The notes below the pieces were generated by a model. It searched no databases and was not told the origin of the DNA. It saw nothing but the letters and a program-made list of their open reading frames with translations. A program made the position numbers and the translations under genes. Shown one piece after another: positions 17,797 to 28,576 of a stretch of 64,000 bases of DNA; the stretch's first letter is position 1, and each line of letters starts with the position of its first letter. Location of the stretch: positions 1-64,000 of the forward strand of contig JBHLLU010000001.1 in the NCBI GenBank assembly GCA_048938895.1, given 5' to 3'. The stretch comes from Promethearchaeota archaeon. GTDB taxonomy: Archaea; Asgardarchaeota; Lokiarchaeia; Sigyniarchaeales; SOKP01.

Positions 17797-20697
17797 GTGT
17801 ATCAGCCTCAAAAGATAGAGAAAAAGTGGCAGGATAGATGGGAAAAAGAAAAAATTTTTGAAGGAACCCCAAATCCCAAATTGAGAAAAAAATTTATCAC
17901 ATCTCCATATCCTTATGCCTCTGGACCTTCTCACATTGGGCATGGAAGGAGTTTTGTCAATGGGGATGTATTTGCAAGGTATTATCGAGCTAAAGGTTAT
18001 AATGTTTTATATCCAATGGCGTTCCATATTACAGGAACTCCTGTCTTAGCAATATCATCTTCAATAGAGAGAAAAGATCAAGAAACAATAGATCGAATGA
18101 AAGAATATGTCTACTTACACACAAATGACTCGAAGAAAGTGGAAGAAATTGTAAAATCGTTTAAAGATCCTTGGAATATCGTAAAATATTTTTCTAACAC
18201 AATAAAAATTGATTTTAAATCTATTGGGATGAGTTTGGATTGGAGAAGAGAATTTACTACTGGGGATAAAACATATAATAAATTTATTGAATGGCAATAC
18301 CACCATTTAAATGAGAAGGGGTATATAGAAAAAGGAGAATATCCGATTTTATATTGTCCTCGAGATAAAAACGCAGTTGGGGAAGATGATATATCAAGTG
18401 GAGACGAATTAGATTTAAACATTAATGAGTATATCTGTATTAAATTTCCCTTTAATGATGGATTTTTGGTTGCATCAACGCTAAGACCTGAAACGATATA
18501 TGGGGTCACTAACATTTGGATAAACCCTACAGGTAATTACGTTAAAGCTTCTGTAGATGATGAAATTTGGTTTGTATCTCAAGAAGCTGTTTTTCTATTT
18601 GAAAGCCAGAATAAAAAAATAGAAATTCTAGAACAATTTAGGGGAAATCAAATAATTGGAGAGAATGCAATGGATGTATTTGGCCTAAAAACCATACCAA
18701 TTCTCCCTGGAGATTTTGTTGATACTTCCATAGCGTCAGGGGTAGTATATTCGGTTCCCGCTCACGCACCATACGATTACATAGCCCTTATAGATTTACA
18801 AAAAAATAAGGATTTAATTAAAAAATTTAATTTGAATCAGAGAGAAATTGAGTTAATATACCCAATCGAGATAATTGATTTAAAAGGAATTAAAGATTTC
18901 CCTGCTAAAGTGTATTGTGAAAGGTATAATGTTACCTCCCAAAAGGATGTAGAAAAGTTAGATTTAGCTACTAGTGAGAACTATAAAGACGAATTTTACA
19001 ATGGGGTGTTAAATGAAAAATGTGGAAAATACCAAGGATTGGCAGTAAGCGATGCTGCTAGACAGGTTTCTGAAGATTTAATAAATGAGACTAAAGCAGA
19101 CAAATTATATATTCCGATTACTAAGAACCTGAAATGTAAATGCGGGGAACAAGTGATCGTTTCTATTCTTAAAGACCAATGGTTCTTGAATTTTTTAGCA
19201 TTAGATTGGAAAGAAAAGGCTTTTAAATGCTTAAATAGTATGCAAATTGTACCTAGAAAGTATAGGTTAAATTTCGAACATATATTCAATTGGCTTGAAA
19301 AGCGACCATGTGCTCGCAAGAGAGGATTAGGTACAAAACTACCTTTTGATAAAGAATGGATTATAGAATCTTTAAGTGATTCGACAATCTACATGGCTTT
19401 CTATACCATTATACACAAATTGAAAGAATACAAAATCAACTTAGAACAATTAACTCCAGAATTATTCGACTATATCTTTTTAGAAAAGGGAGAACTAGAA
19501 TTGTTAAGTACCACACTGAAAATAGATAAAAACATACTTCAAGAATTACAAAAAGAGTTCCTTTATTGGTATCCTGTTGATCATCGTCATACAGCAATAA
19601 TGCATATCTCTAACCACCTAAGTTTCTTTATTTTTCATCATGTAGCAATATTTCCAGAGAAACATTGGCCAAAGATGATATCCTTAATTGAGCCATTGAT
19701 AATAGAAGGACAGAAAATGGGTAAATCTAAAGGGAATGTAATTTCTCTCGCAGAAATTCAGAAGAAATATGGTGCTGACTTATTCAGGTTTTATATATCT
19801 CATAGTGCTGACTTTAGTGCTTATATGGATTTTCGAAAGAAGGAAATAGAATCAGTTAGAAATCATATACAAAAATTTTATAACTTTATGTTGAAATATA
19901 TAAAGCTAACCAAGAATCTTGAAGGCAAATTTAAAGATATCAAAACTAAGTATGCCAAAGTATTATTGTCCAAAATTATTACAAAACTTGTTCAAACAGA
20001 TAAAGTCTTGGAAGAATATAATATAAGAAAGTATCTTCAAATCTCATTTTATGAAGTTTTTAATTTACTACAAGAATTTACGAGAGATACTGATGATGCT
20101 GATGATTTTCTTATTGTTTTCAAAATAATATATCCAGATTGGTTGAAAATTCTTTCATTAACAGTTCCTCATATCTGCGAAGAATTATGGGAATTAGCGG
20201 GAAATAAAACTTTTATATCAATGGAAATTTGGGGCGACTTTAATAAAAAATATATTAACATTGACTTTGAAATTGAATTTGAGTACATTACTAATGTAGT
20301 TGAGGATATTTTCAACATAAAAAAGATAATAAAGACTAAGAACATGGAGAATATTTATATCTATACTGCACCTACTTGGCAATATAAAGTATTTAAGGAT
20401 ATTCAATTGATGAATGGTGATTTCAAGTCAATCATTTCCAAAATTAAAGAAGATGCTGAATTAATGAGAAATAAACAACTGATACCTTATATAAAAAGCC
20501 AAATAAATGATCGGACATGGGAGAAAAAATTACCAGAACAGCCAGAAGCAACTTTATTAGAACAATATAGATCTTATATAGAAAAACGGGTAAGTGCTAT
20601 TATTATTATAAACTCTGAATTTGATCCTAAGAAAAGATCAAAAAAAGCAAGGCCATTTAAACCAGGATTGTTCATTGATGCAAAAGATTTAAAATAA
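17797..20697 (+). CDS. leuS: Leucine--tRNA ligase, archaeal/eukaryotic type
   Basis: PYPYASGPSHIGH (HIGH), KMGKS (KMSKS), TLRPET, SVPAHAPYD, IESLSDSTIY. Confidence 0.97.
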   Translation: MYQPQKIEKKWQDRWEKEKIFEGTPNPKLRKKFITSPYPYASGPSHIGHGRSFVNGDVFARYYRAKGYNVLYPMAFHITGTPVLAISSSIERKDQETIDRMKEYVYLHTNDSKKVEEIVKSFKDPWNIVKYFSNTIKIDFKSIGMSLDWRREFTTGDKTYNKFIEWQYHHLNEKGYIEKGEYPILYCPRDKNAVGEDDISSGDELDLNINEYICIKFPFNDGFLVASTLRPETIYGVTNIWINPTGNYVKASVDDEIWFVSQEAVFLFESQNKKIEILEQFRGNQIIGENAMDVFGLKTIPILPGDFVDTSIASGVVYSVPAHAPYDYIALIDLQKNKDLIKKFNLNQREIELIYPIEIIDLKGIKDFPAKVYCERYNVTSQKDVEKLDLATSENYKDEFYNGVLNEKCGKYQGLAVSDAARQVSEDLINETKADKLYIPITKNLKCKCGEQVIVSILKDQWFLNFLALDWKEKAFKCLNSMQIVPRKYRLNFEHIFNWLEKRPCARKRGLGTKLPFDKEWIIESLSDSTIYMAFYTIIHKLKEYKINLEQLTPELFDYIFLEKGELELLSTTLKIDKNILQELQKEFLYWYPVDHRHTAIMHISNHLSFFIFHHVAIFPEKHWPKMISLIEPLIIEGQKMGKSKGNVISLAEIQKKYGADLFRFYISHSADFSAYMDFRKKEIESVRNHIQKFYNFMLKYIKLTKNLEGKFKDIKTKYAKVLLSKIITKLVQTDKVLEEYNIRKYLQISFYEVFNLLQEFTRDTDDADDFLIVFKIIYPDWLKILSLTVPHICEELWELAGNKTFISMEIWGDFNKKYINIDFEIEFEYITNVVEDIFNIKKIIKTKNMENIYIYTAPTWQYKVFKDIQLMNGDFKSIISKIKEDAELMRNKQLIPYIKSQINDRTWEKKLPEQPEATLLEQYRSYIEKRVSAIIIINSEFDPKKRSKKARPFKPGLFIDAKDLK

Positions 20698-20701
20698 TAA
20701 C

Positions 20702-21895
20702 CTATATCTGGTTTTTTTGTATAGCATTAAGGAGATCTAAATATTTTATAATCTCGTTAGTGTCACTTTTTCCAATACAATAATCCAATTGTTTAGAAAA
20801 GTATTGATTCAAAGTTTTTAATTGACGGCTTGAAATAATAAATTTTGTACCTTCCTCAATTTGTTTATCCAGAATAGTATCTTTAACTTCTTCTACCTTC
20901 ATATTAATTATCTGAAGCGCAACCCACTCGAATACATCATCAATATTTTCATTAGTTTTTGCTGAGGTTTCCATGTAATAAACTCCTAAACTCTTTGCTA
21001 ATTCCATCCCTTCTTCCGTAGAAATTTCCCTTGTTTCTGTTAAATCAACTTTGTTTCCTACTAAAATTAAAACAATGTTCTCAAAAGCTACTTCAGTTAT
21101 TATATTAAACCACTTTTTCACATTCTCAAATGATTCTCTGTTGGTAATGTCATATACAATGATCCCTGCTCGTGAATCTGTTAAATAATCTGGCCAAAGA
21201 CGTTGAAATTGACTTTGTCCTGCTAAATCCCAAATCATGAATCTTACAGATGTATTTAATTCATCGAACTCACATTCCTTTTTGGAAATAAAAGTTCCAA
21301 TAGTAGCTTTATAATCTGCTTTAAATATTCCATGCACATATCTTTGTACCATACTAGTCTTTCCTACTCCTCCGTCTCCAATTAAGCTTAATTTATATAC
21401 ATAGCTAGGTGAAAGAGGAACTTTTTGATAATACTCCATTTTATGTCTTAATTTGTCTACTTCTGTCTGTCTTTTGATCTTTGGAATAACAGGACTAACT
21501 GGTAATTCTCCATCGATTATTCGAGCAACTTTATCAGCAGCTAAATACGTATATGGAAAAACATCATCAACATAAGCACTTGGGTGAAGAATGGACACTA
21601 ATACATGATCAGTTCCCGATTCACAAAATATAAACCTAAATTTATCGGTATCAAAAGTACCAGCACCAAAAGTACCAATATCAAAATCCTGAGTGATTTT
21701 TTTAAGTATAACTTCGACTAATGAACTAAAAGCGCCTACAAATTTCTTTTCTTCTATATTTTCCAAGTCTCGTGTTAAGATCTCTACAACTAATCCATCA
21801 TGGCTCACTAACAACACAGATATTAAGGATTCGCCTACTTCTTGCATATACCACTTGAATAGAGTATTTAATTTTTTCTTATCTATATATACCAT
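20702..21895 (-). CDS. Roadblock/longin-like domain fused to Rab-like small GTPase
   Basis: N-terminal VLLVSHDGLVV roadblock-like fold; GDGGVGKT, WDLAGQ, NKVD, ETSAK. Confidence 0.88.
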   Translation of the reverse strand: MVYIDKKKLNTLFKWYMQEVGESLISVLLVSHDGLVVEILTRDLENIEEKKFVGAFSSLVEVILKKITQDFDIGTFGAGTFDTDKFRFIFCESGTDHVLVSILHPSAYVDDVFPYTYLAADKVARIIDGELPVSPVIPKIKRQTEVDKLRHKMEYYQKVPLSPSYVYKLSLIGDGGVGKTSMVQRYVHGIFKADYKATIGTFISKKECEFDELNTSVRFMIWDLAGQSQFQRLWPDYLTDSRAGIIVYDITNRESFENVKKWFNIITEVAFENIVLILVGNKVDLTETREISTEEGMELAKSLGVYYMETSAKTNENIDDVFEWVALQIINMKVEEVKDTILDKQIEEGTKFIISSRQLKTLNQYFSKQLDYCIGKSDTNEIIKYLDLLNAIQKNQI

Positions 21896-22013
21896 TTTAG
21901 ATTAACCTCATTTTATACATTGACAAATCAAGAAATAAAACATTATTATAATACAATAATAGGGTTTGATTATTTGAATCCTTTTGAAAACAAAAAATAT
22001 TAGGAAATTTCCT

Positions 22014-25000
22014 TTAACTCTTCATGATTGGTAATGAGAAATAGAAAGTCGAACCTTTTTTTCTTCCTTCAGATTCTACCCACATATTGCCTCCATGAAG
22101 TTCTATAATTTTTTTTGAAATGTAAAGACCTAAACCTGAACCTTCAGAAATAACGTCTAATCCTTGCCCATACCGCTCGATTTTTCCAAACTTTTTGAAA
22201 ATCTTCCCCTTTTCTTCTTCTGTTAAACCAATACCTGTATCTTGAACAGATATTATATAATTTTTGCCTTGGGTTTTTGACCTAATCAAAATCTTTCCAT
22301 TTTTGGGCGTATATTTTATTGCATTGCTTATTAAATTAATAATTACTTCATAAATCCTTTCTTTTTCAAAATAAGTAATCATATTATTTTCTATATCTAA
22401 AATTAATTCATGGTTTCGAATTTCTACCAGTCCCTTTAAATCTCTAACACAAAATCTAATTAAAAATGCTAAATCCTCTTCAGTTTTAATTAATTCAATT
22501 TCTCCCGATTCAAGTTTTGAAGTTTCTAACAAATCTTTTATTAAGGACTCAAGGCGAGAACAACCTTGCTTGATTTCATGCAATATTGAGATTGTGTAGA
22601 AATCAAGTTCTTCATAATGTTGAGTTAATAACAAATCAGCATATCCTTTGATTGAAACTAGAGGTGTTTTTAGTTCATGGGATGTTCTGCTTAACAATTC
22701 AGTTTTCAATCTGCTTATTTCTTTTAACTCATCTTCTAAATTTTTCTTAGCTGTAATATCTACGAGAGAAGCAAAAATCGCTCTTTTTTTCATGAAAATT
22801 ATTGGTTTAGCAATTATTTCCACCCATTTTAATTTTCTTGTTTTTGTAATAAATCTGCATTCAAATTGCTCAGAAAATTGATCTCCCTTCTGTTCTAGAT
22901 TTTCTAGTTTATTAATGAGGATTGGTAAATCTTCTTCATGAATTATCCTCTTTATATCTTTAAATGACCAATTTTTAATTTTTTCTAATGAATATTCAGT
23001 GATATCTGCTACTGCTGCATTAGCAAATTTGATTAATTTCTCTTGTTGAATTAATAAACCTAGAGAAGATTGTTCGGCGATATTTCTAAATTTCTCTTCT
23101 GATTCCTTTAACCTTTTTTCAGTAACTTTTCTATCTGAAATATCATGATTGATTGCTACGACTCCAATAGGTTTCCCAGTAATATCTTTAACCAAGGAGA
23201 CTGATGCTAATATATTTATCAAAGTACCATCTTTCCGTGGCTGAATTACCTCTCCTTTCCAGGATCCTTGCTCTAGAACTTGTTTTACAACATCTTTTGG
23301 CTCATCATATGGATATTTAATAGTAATAGTTTTCATGACTTTTTTACCTAATATTTCCTCAGCTTTCCAACCATATATGAGTTCAGCAGCTTTGTTCCAG
23401 GACATTATTCTAAAACTTAGGTCTGTAGAAACGATTGCATCAGATACATTTTTTACTAATTGAGCTTGATATTGTAACCTTTCTTCTGATTTCTTGCTCC
23501 AAGTAATATCTGACCATGAACCAACCATCTCAAGAGGATTTCCTTTTTTATCAAAAATTAATTTTGATTCATTGCGTATCCAATGGTATATTCCATCCTT
23601 GAACTTGAACCGATATTCATATCCTAATGATTTTTTCTTCTTTAATTTTGAAAGTTTTGAAAATATGATATTTCTATCATCGGGATAAATATTATTAATC
23701 CAAAATTCAGTATTATTGGTAAATTCTTCTGAGGTATAACCTGTTAAATCTTTCACATTATCACTTATGAAGGTAACCCCATAGTCACCAAATGGTTTAG
23801 CCGTGTATATAACTGCAGGACCAGAAGTTGCTAGATATTTTAGACGTTCAGAAACTTTATCCAATTCTGCTTCAGCAATTACTCTATCTGTAATATCAAT
23901 ATTTACTCCAATAATATTTTTGATTTGATTATCAAAGTAAATTGGTGTAATTATATTATATTGGTATCTTAATTCTCCATTTACTTCGAAACTTACTTCA
24001 CCAGCAACTATTTCCCCAGAAAAGGCTCTTGAATTGTTATTTTCCCAGATTTCCAAAGTATTTTTATTGCTTGCTACATCTTCTGGCCTCATTCCAACTA
24101 TATCACCCCAATTTTTTCTACAAGCATTATTTTGCATTACATAATACCCATCCTCATTAATAATGAACACATCGAAAGGTAAACTTTCAATAGCAGCTCT
24201 TAACCTTGCTTCACTTTCCTGTAGAGCTGTTTCAGCTAATTTATGTTCTGTAACATTAATAAAACTAACCAAGGCAAGATCCTCCCCCTCAATTTTTATT
24301 GGGATGCTAGAAAAAAGAAAATGAATTTCATCAAACTCATTTCTAGGTGTACGATAAAGATTAGCTTCTATATTTATATGAGGAGTTTTAGTTTTAAGCG
24401 TGTCAAGAACAGTATTGCGTATCACACATTCATGACAGTCTTGACTGTAGCCACAACCTAAAGGATGTTTAATTGAATTTAAACATCGGAGTGCTTCACC
24501 ACCGTACATACCTTTAACTTCTTCCTCTTTACGACCAGTTAGATTTAATGCGAATTCATTGATTTTTCTTATTCTTCGTTCATTATCTACAATGATAATT
24601 GCTAAAGGAATATAATCATATATTGCTGCTAGTTCAGATTGACTTTGTTGAATTTTAATTTCAGCTTTTTTACGCTCTGTAATATCTTGAAATGAATTAA
24701 TAAAAGTTTGCTGGTCCCCAAATTTTTGTTCAACAGAACTAAGTAAACACCAAAAAATCGATCCATCAGCACGTTTAAATTGCACTTCAAAATCTTTTAC
24801 AATCCCTTTTTCATGTTGTTCTAAGAAAATATCTCTATCTTTCGGATTACAATAATAATCTATAACCGGTGTTTTCATTAATTCTTCTTTTGTGTTATAC
24901 CCAAACATTTTAATTACTTCTGAATTACACTCGATAATTTTTCCTTCTGGAGTTGTAATGGATATTCCTAAAGGAACTGCTTCTGTAATGACCTTAAATT

Positions 25001-25412
25001 TCTCTTCAGGATTGTTAAAGATATTATCTTCGGATTTTTCAGGTATATCCTTTAATATTAGTAATATATTTTCTTGTTCAGTATATCCTTTAATTAGGCT
25101 AAATTTAGCTTGAAATTGTCTGGGGTTACCATTTTTATGTACTAGTCTCAATTTTTGAGTACTTATTTTACCTCCATTACACACCTCCAGTGATTTAATT
25201 GTAAACAGGAGATCTTCATCGTATACATAATTTAGCCAAGAATTTCCTATTAATTTATCACTATTATAACCCAAAAACTTCATTACAGGAATCTTATTAA
25301 TGTATTCTATTTGATATCTTTTATTTATAACGAAAATTAACTCACTTATATTTTCTGTGATTAATTCATAATTATCTTGAAAAATTTTGGAAGTTACATC
25401 TGATTCAATCAT
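22014..25412 (-). CDS. Large multi-PAS sensor histidine kinase
   Basis: About seven PAS units, SHELKTPL, NAIKY, DTGIG, GLGLYI. Confidence 0.93.
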   Translation of the reverse strand: MIESDVTSKIFQDNYELITENISELIFVINKRYQIEYINKIPVMKFLGYNSDKLIGNSWLNYVYDEDLLFTIKSLEVCNGGKISTQKLRLVHKNGNPRQFQAKFSLIKGYTEQENILLILKDIPEKSEDNIFNNPEEKFKVITEAVPLGISITTPEGKIIECNSEVIKMFGYNTKEELMKTPVIDYYCNPKDRDIFLEQHEKGIVKDFEVQFKRADGSIFWCLLSSVEQKFGDQQTFINSFQDITERKKAEIKIQQSQSELAAIYDYIPLAIIIVDNERRIRKINEFALNLTGRKEEEVKGMYGGEALRCLNSIKHPLGCGYSQDCHECVIRNTVLDTLKTKTPHINIEANLYRTPRNEFDEIHFLFSSIPIKIEGEDLALVSFINVTEHKLAETALQESEARLRAAIESLPFDVFIINEDGYYVMQNNACRKNWGDIVGMRPEDVASNKNTLEIWENNNSRAFSGEIVAGEVSFEVNGELRYQYNIITPIYFDNQIKNIIGVNIDITDRVIAEAELDKVSERLKYLATSGPAVIYTAKPFGDYGVTFISDNVKDLTGYTSEEFTNNTEFWINNIYPDDRNIIFSKLSKLKKKKSLGYEYRFKFKDGIYHWIRNESKLIFDKKGNPLEMVGSWSDITWSKKSEERLQYQAQLVKNVSDAIVSTDLSFRIMSWNKAAELIYGWKAEEILGKKVMKTITIKYPYDEPKDVVKQVLEQGSWKGEVIQPRKDGTLINILASVSLVKDITGKPIGVVAINHDISDRKVTEKRLKESEEKFRNIAEQSSLGLLIQQEKLIKFANAAVADITEYSLEKIKNWSFKDIKRIIHEEDLPILINKLENLEQKGDQFSEQFECRFITKTRKLKWVEIIAKPIIFMKKRAIFASLVDITAKKNLEDELKEISRLKTELLSRTSHELKTPLVSIKGYADLLLTQHYEELDFYTISILHEIKQGCSRLESLIKDLLETSKLESGEIELIKTEEDLAFLIRFCVRDLKGLVEIRNHELILDIENNMITYFEKERIYEVIINLISNAIKYTPKNGKILIRSKTQGKNYIISVQDTGIGLTEEEKGKIFKKFGKIERYGQGLDVISEGSGLGLYISKKIIELHGGNMWVESEGRKKGSTFYFSLPIMKS

Positions 25413-25543
25413 ATATTATCACCATATCATGATTTGAGGAAAAATAGGTAACCAAATCTCTACCAATAAAACACATTAGATTATGTATTTAACATTTTAG
25501 TGTAACACTCCAAAAATGTAAAAAAAAAATTTAGTTCTTTATT

Positions 25544-26440
25544 CTAACCTACTCCATATACTTGTTTTGGAGTAAGATATTCTGGAAATTTATCTAGTAA
25601 ATTTAATCTTGTTAAATAGCAGAGATGGCAGGCATCAACATATTGATCTTTATGCTCAACATCAAATTCACGAATTAGTTGAACAGGGCCCCCCATATCT
25701 AATGCTTTACATATGGGATGTGAATCTGGACTGTAATTTTTAATTAATTTTGATAAAGGTGTTTTCCAAAAGTTACCTATACTTAATCCTTGGCAAATAT
25801 GGGCATTTCCAAATGGATCAACGTGGATCCTTCCAAGACCTTTAAAATCTTCATACGGACATTCTATAAACTTTTCCCATGATCTTGTTGGTAAACTCTG
25901 TATTAATTTCTCAACAGCCCTCCCCTTAAACATTGCTCCACCTCCAATTACAGGCTCTCCCTTCTCTTGAGTTTTATCAATTTCAACGGTTGGTTCTTCA
26001 ATACATATCGTCCCTACCGGTAATTTTAAATTTTTAGATGCCTTCTCAGCAATTTTGGATAAACTTTCATCAATATTTTCATAATGGAATTTATCATTAC
26101 TTACACTTAAATCATCAATCTCTAATTCTACGAGGCTTTTTAACCAAATTTCAGCATCCTCGATACTAGTTGCCCAATAAGAATTTGTAACTATACCTAC
26201 CTTGAATCCCTCTTTCTTTGCGATTCTGATCCCTTCTACCATTATAGGATAATAAAGAAAAGGTTCACCACCTTCAAAATAAATCCACTCTACAGACTCA
26301 ATTTTCTTAGCTTCACTCAATACTTCCCTAATTTGCTTTATGGTAAAGGTTCCTTGAGAATGTGGACCACAATATAAAAAGCAATGGTCACATGTATAAT
26401 TACAGGTGTATGTCAATAAAAAATGGATACCCTTTAACAA
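25544..26440 (-). CDS. Radical SAM protein
   Basis: CNYTCDHC (CxxxCxxC), EGGEPF, C-terminal Cys cluster (ACHLC). Confidence 0.9.
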   Translation of the reverse strand: MLKGIHFLLTYTCNYTCDHCFLYCGPHSQGTFTIKQIREVLSEAKKIESVEWIYFEGGEPFLYYPIMVEGIRIAKKEGFKVGIVTNSYWATSIEDAEIWLKSLVELEIDDLSVSNDKFHYENIDESLSKIAEKASKNLKLPVGTICIEEPTVEIDKTQEKGEPVIGGGAMFKGRAVEKLIQSLPTRSWEKFIECPYEDFKGLGRIHVDPFGNAHICQGLSIGNFWKTPLSKLIKNYSPDSHPICKALDMGGPVQLIREFDVEHKDQYVDACHLCYLTRLNLLDKFPEYLTPKQVYGVG

Positions 26441-26534
26441 AATTTTTCACCATGATGATTAATCTTTTTCAATAATTCAAATTTACTATTTTTCAATGTT
26501 AAACTATTTATAACTATTTATAATCATTGGAGAT

Positions 26535-27020
26535 GTGTTTAAAATTCTAAAAAAAAATCAGTTAATCTTAATATTAACAATTATACTCAGTTTTACTATT
26601 GTTGGGATTTCTATTGGTTTTTATATATCAGAAACCAGGAATGGGAATAGATCTAATTGTGATGGGAGTATATGTGTTTATTTTTCAGTTAATTCTTGTG
26701 ATATAGATGCACCATTGGATACAAAAATTAATATAATTAACAGAACTGTTTTTTTCCATCAGAATCTATCTAGTTACTGTCTTCCACACTTAGATTCCAA
26801 TCATTTTAGAATGGAATTGTTGTTAATTCAAAATACTATAACTATAAAGGAAATTTTTAAGGCGGGATCCGATCCTGTAACCATGTGTGTGCGCCCACAT
26901 GGTATTAATGGAACAATCATTGGTTTAGACCCAGGATACAACAATTTAACCTTCTTATTTGATAATAGGTATGGAGAATCTGTATATGTTTTAAAGACAT
27001 TTAACCTAGTTATTTTATAA
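26535..27020 (+). CDS. Hypothetical N-terminally membrane-anchored protein
   Basis: Basic N-terminus plus hydrophobic helix, then a Cys-containing beta-rich domain. Confidence 0.6.
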   Translation: MFKILKKNQLILILTIILSFTIVGISIGFYISETRNGNRSNCDGSICVYFSVNSCDIDAPLDTKINIINRTVFFHQNLSSYCLPHLDSNHFRMELLLIQNTITIKEIFKAGSDPVTMCVRPHGINGTIIGLDPGYNNLTFLFDNRYGESVYVLKTFNLVIL

Positions 27021-27110
27021 GTTTTTTTTTTTAACATCCTCGTATTTATAAATAAAATTAATTAATTTGATTTCATTTAACTCTAGAAAAATCATAAAAA
27101 TTGAGAAATT

Positions 27111-28457
27111 ATGACAAATCCAATAAGTCTGTATGAAAAATACTTCAAGGATCCTAGTCGAGAGCCGGTTCTTGTAGATTATGTGAGAACACCTATGGGA
27201 AAAAGAAGAGGTACGATTGTATGGCATCGAGGAGATGATTTAGTTGTTCATTGCTACCAAACAATTTTAAACCGTACTAAATTTGATCCAAACTTAATTG
27301 GTGATTCCATTGTTGCTTGTAATAGTCAAATTGGGGATTGTGCCTTGGATATTGGGAGAACAGCTGCTTTAGCTTCCCATTTACCTGTAAGTGTACCGGG
27401 AATGTCTATTAACCGACAATGTGCTAGTGGTGCTCAAGCAGTTATGTCTGCGTGGCAAGCTATTGCCTCCGGAATTCATGATTCTGTTATCTGTGGAGGT
27501 GTAGAGGTCCAAAATAAATATCCTATCATGTCAGATACCTATATTTTTGATAGAGAGCAAAATAAAGCGGTTATGATACCCCTTAATAAAAAAATCCAAT
27601 CGAATCCCGAAGTGGTTGAGAAAGCAAAGGAATATAAAGCCCAAATGGCAGATCAGATCACTGCTGCTCATTATCTTGGTTTAGTCTGGATGGAAAAGTC
27701 TGGAAAATCATTGGAAGATTTTAGAAATGAATTAGATGGATTATCCTTGCATTCTCACAGAAAGTCATGCTCAACCTGGGATGAAAGAGGAACTGAAATT
27801 GAACCAATCTGGTGTCCAAAACTAGATGAGAATGGTAATCCCATGCTAGATGATAAGAACGAAATTGCTCAAGATCCTAGCCTATCAGTACTAACAGAAA
27901 AGGATGAAACTCCCCGTCCTAGTACATCAATGGAAAAACTAGCGAGCTTGAGAACAATCGCGGGAAGAAAGAGCAAGGCATTCCTTACGGCAGGTAATAG
28001 TTGTCCCACAACTGATGGTGCTGCAGCACAATTATGGATGACTAGAGCTTTAGCTGAAGAATATGGTTTTAAAATAAGAGCTAGTATAGTCAATTTTGCA
28101 GTAGTTGGAACAGATCCCGTTTTAATGCTAACTGGGCCAATAAAAGCGATCCCTGAAGTTTTGAAACGTGCAAATATGACATTAGATGATATGTCTTTTA
28201 TAGAAATTAATGAAGCTTTTAGTCCAGTAGTGTATGCAAGTTGTTATGAATTAGGGTTTGAATGGAATGATGAGCGACTTAATCCATGGGGAGGAGCTAT
28301 TGCGCTAGGACATCCCACTGGGATGACTGGATGCCGCTTAATTGGCTCAAATGTTCATCAATTGGAGAAATCCGGTGAGGAATATGCTATATCGTCAATG
28401 TGTGTAGGGCTAGGAATGGGTGGTGCAACCATTGTAAGGAATGAACACCCAAAATAA
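27111..28457 (+). CDS. Acetyl-CoA C-acyltransferase (thiolase)
   Basis: NRQCASG, NEAF, GAIALGHP, CVGLGMG catalytic motifs. Confidence 0.95.
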   Translation: MTNPISLYEKYFKDPSREPVLVDYVRTPMGKRRGTIVWHRGDDLVVHCYQTILNRTKFDPNLIGDSIVACNSQIGDCALDIGRTAALASHLPVSVPGMSINRQCASGAQAVMSAWQAIASGIHDSVICGGVEVQNKYPIMSDTYIFDREQNKAVMIPLNKKIQSNPEVVEKAKEYKAQMADQITAAHYLGLVWMEKSGKSLEDFRNELDGLSLHSHRKSCSTWDERGTEIEPIWCPKLDENGNPMLDDKNEIAQDPSLSVLTEKDETPRPSTSMEKLASLRTIAGRKSKAFLTAGNSCPTTDGAAAQLWMTRALAEEYGFKIRASIVNFAVVGTDPVLMLTGPIKAIPEVLKRANMTLDDMSFIEINEAFSPVVYASCYELGFEWNDERLNPWGGAIALGHPTGMTGCRLIGSNVHQLEKSGEEYAISSMCVGLGMGGATIVRNEHPK

Positions 28458-28576
28458 GAAAAATCAATTCTTTTTATTTTTTCTTTTAGTTTTCAAAATT
28501 AAGTAAGTTTAAAGTTTTAGATTGAATTTTATTCATATTAAACTAGAAAAATAATCAAATTTTAGGTTTAAATCAT

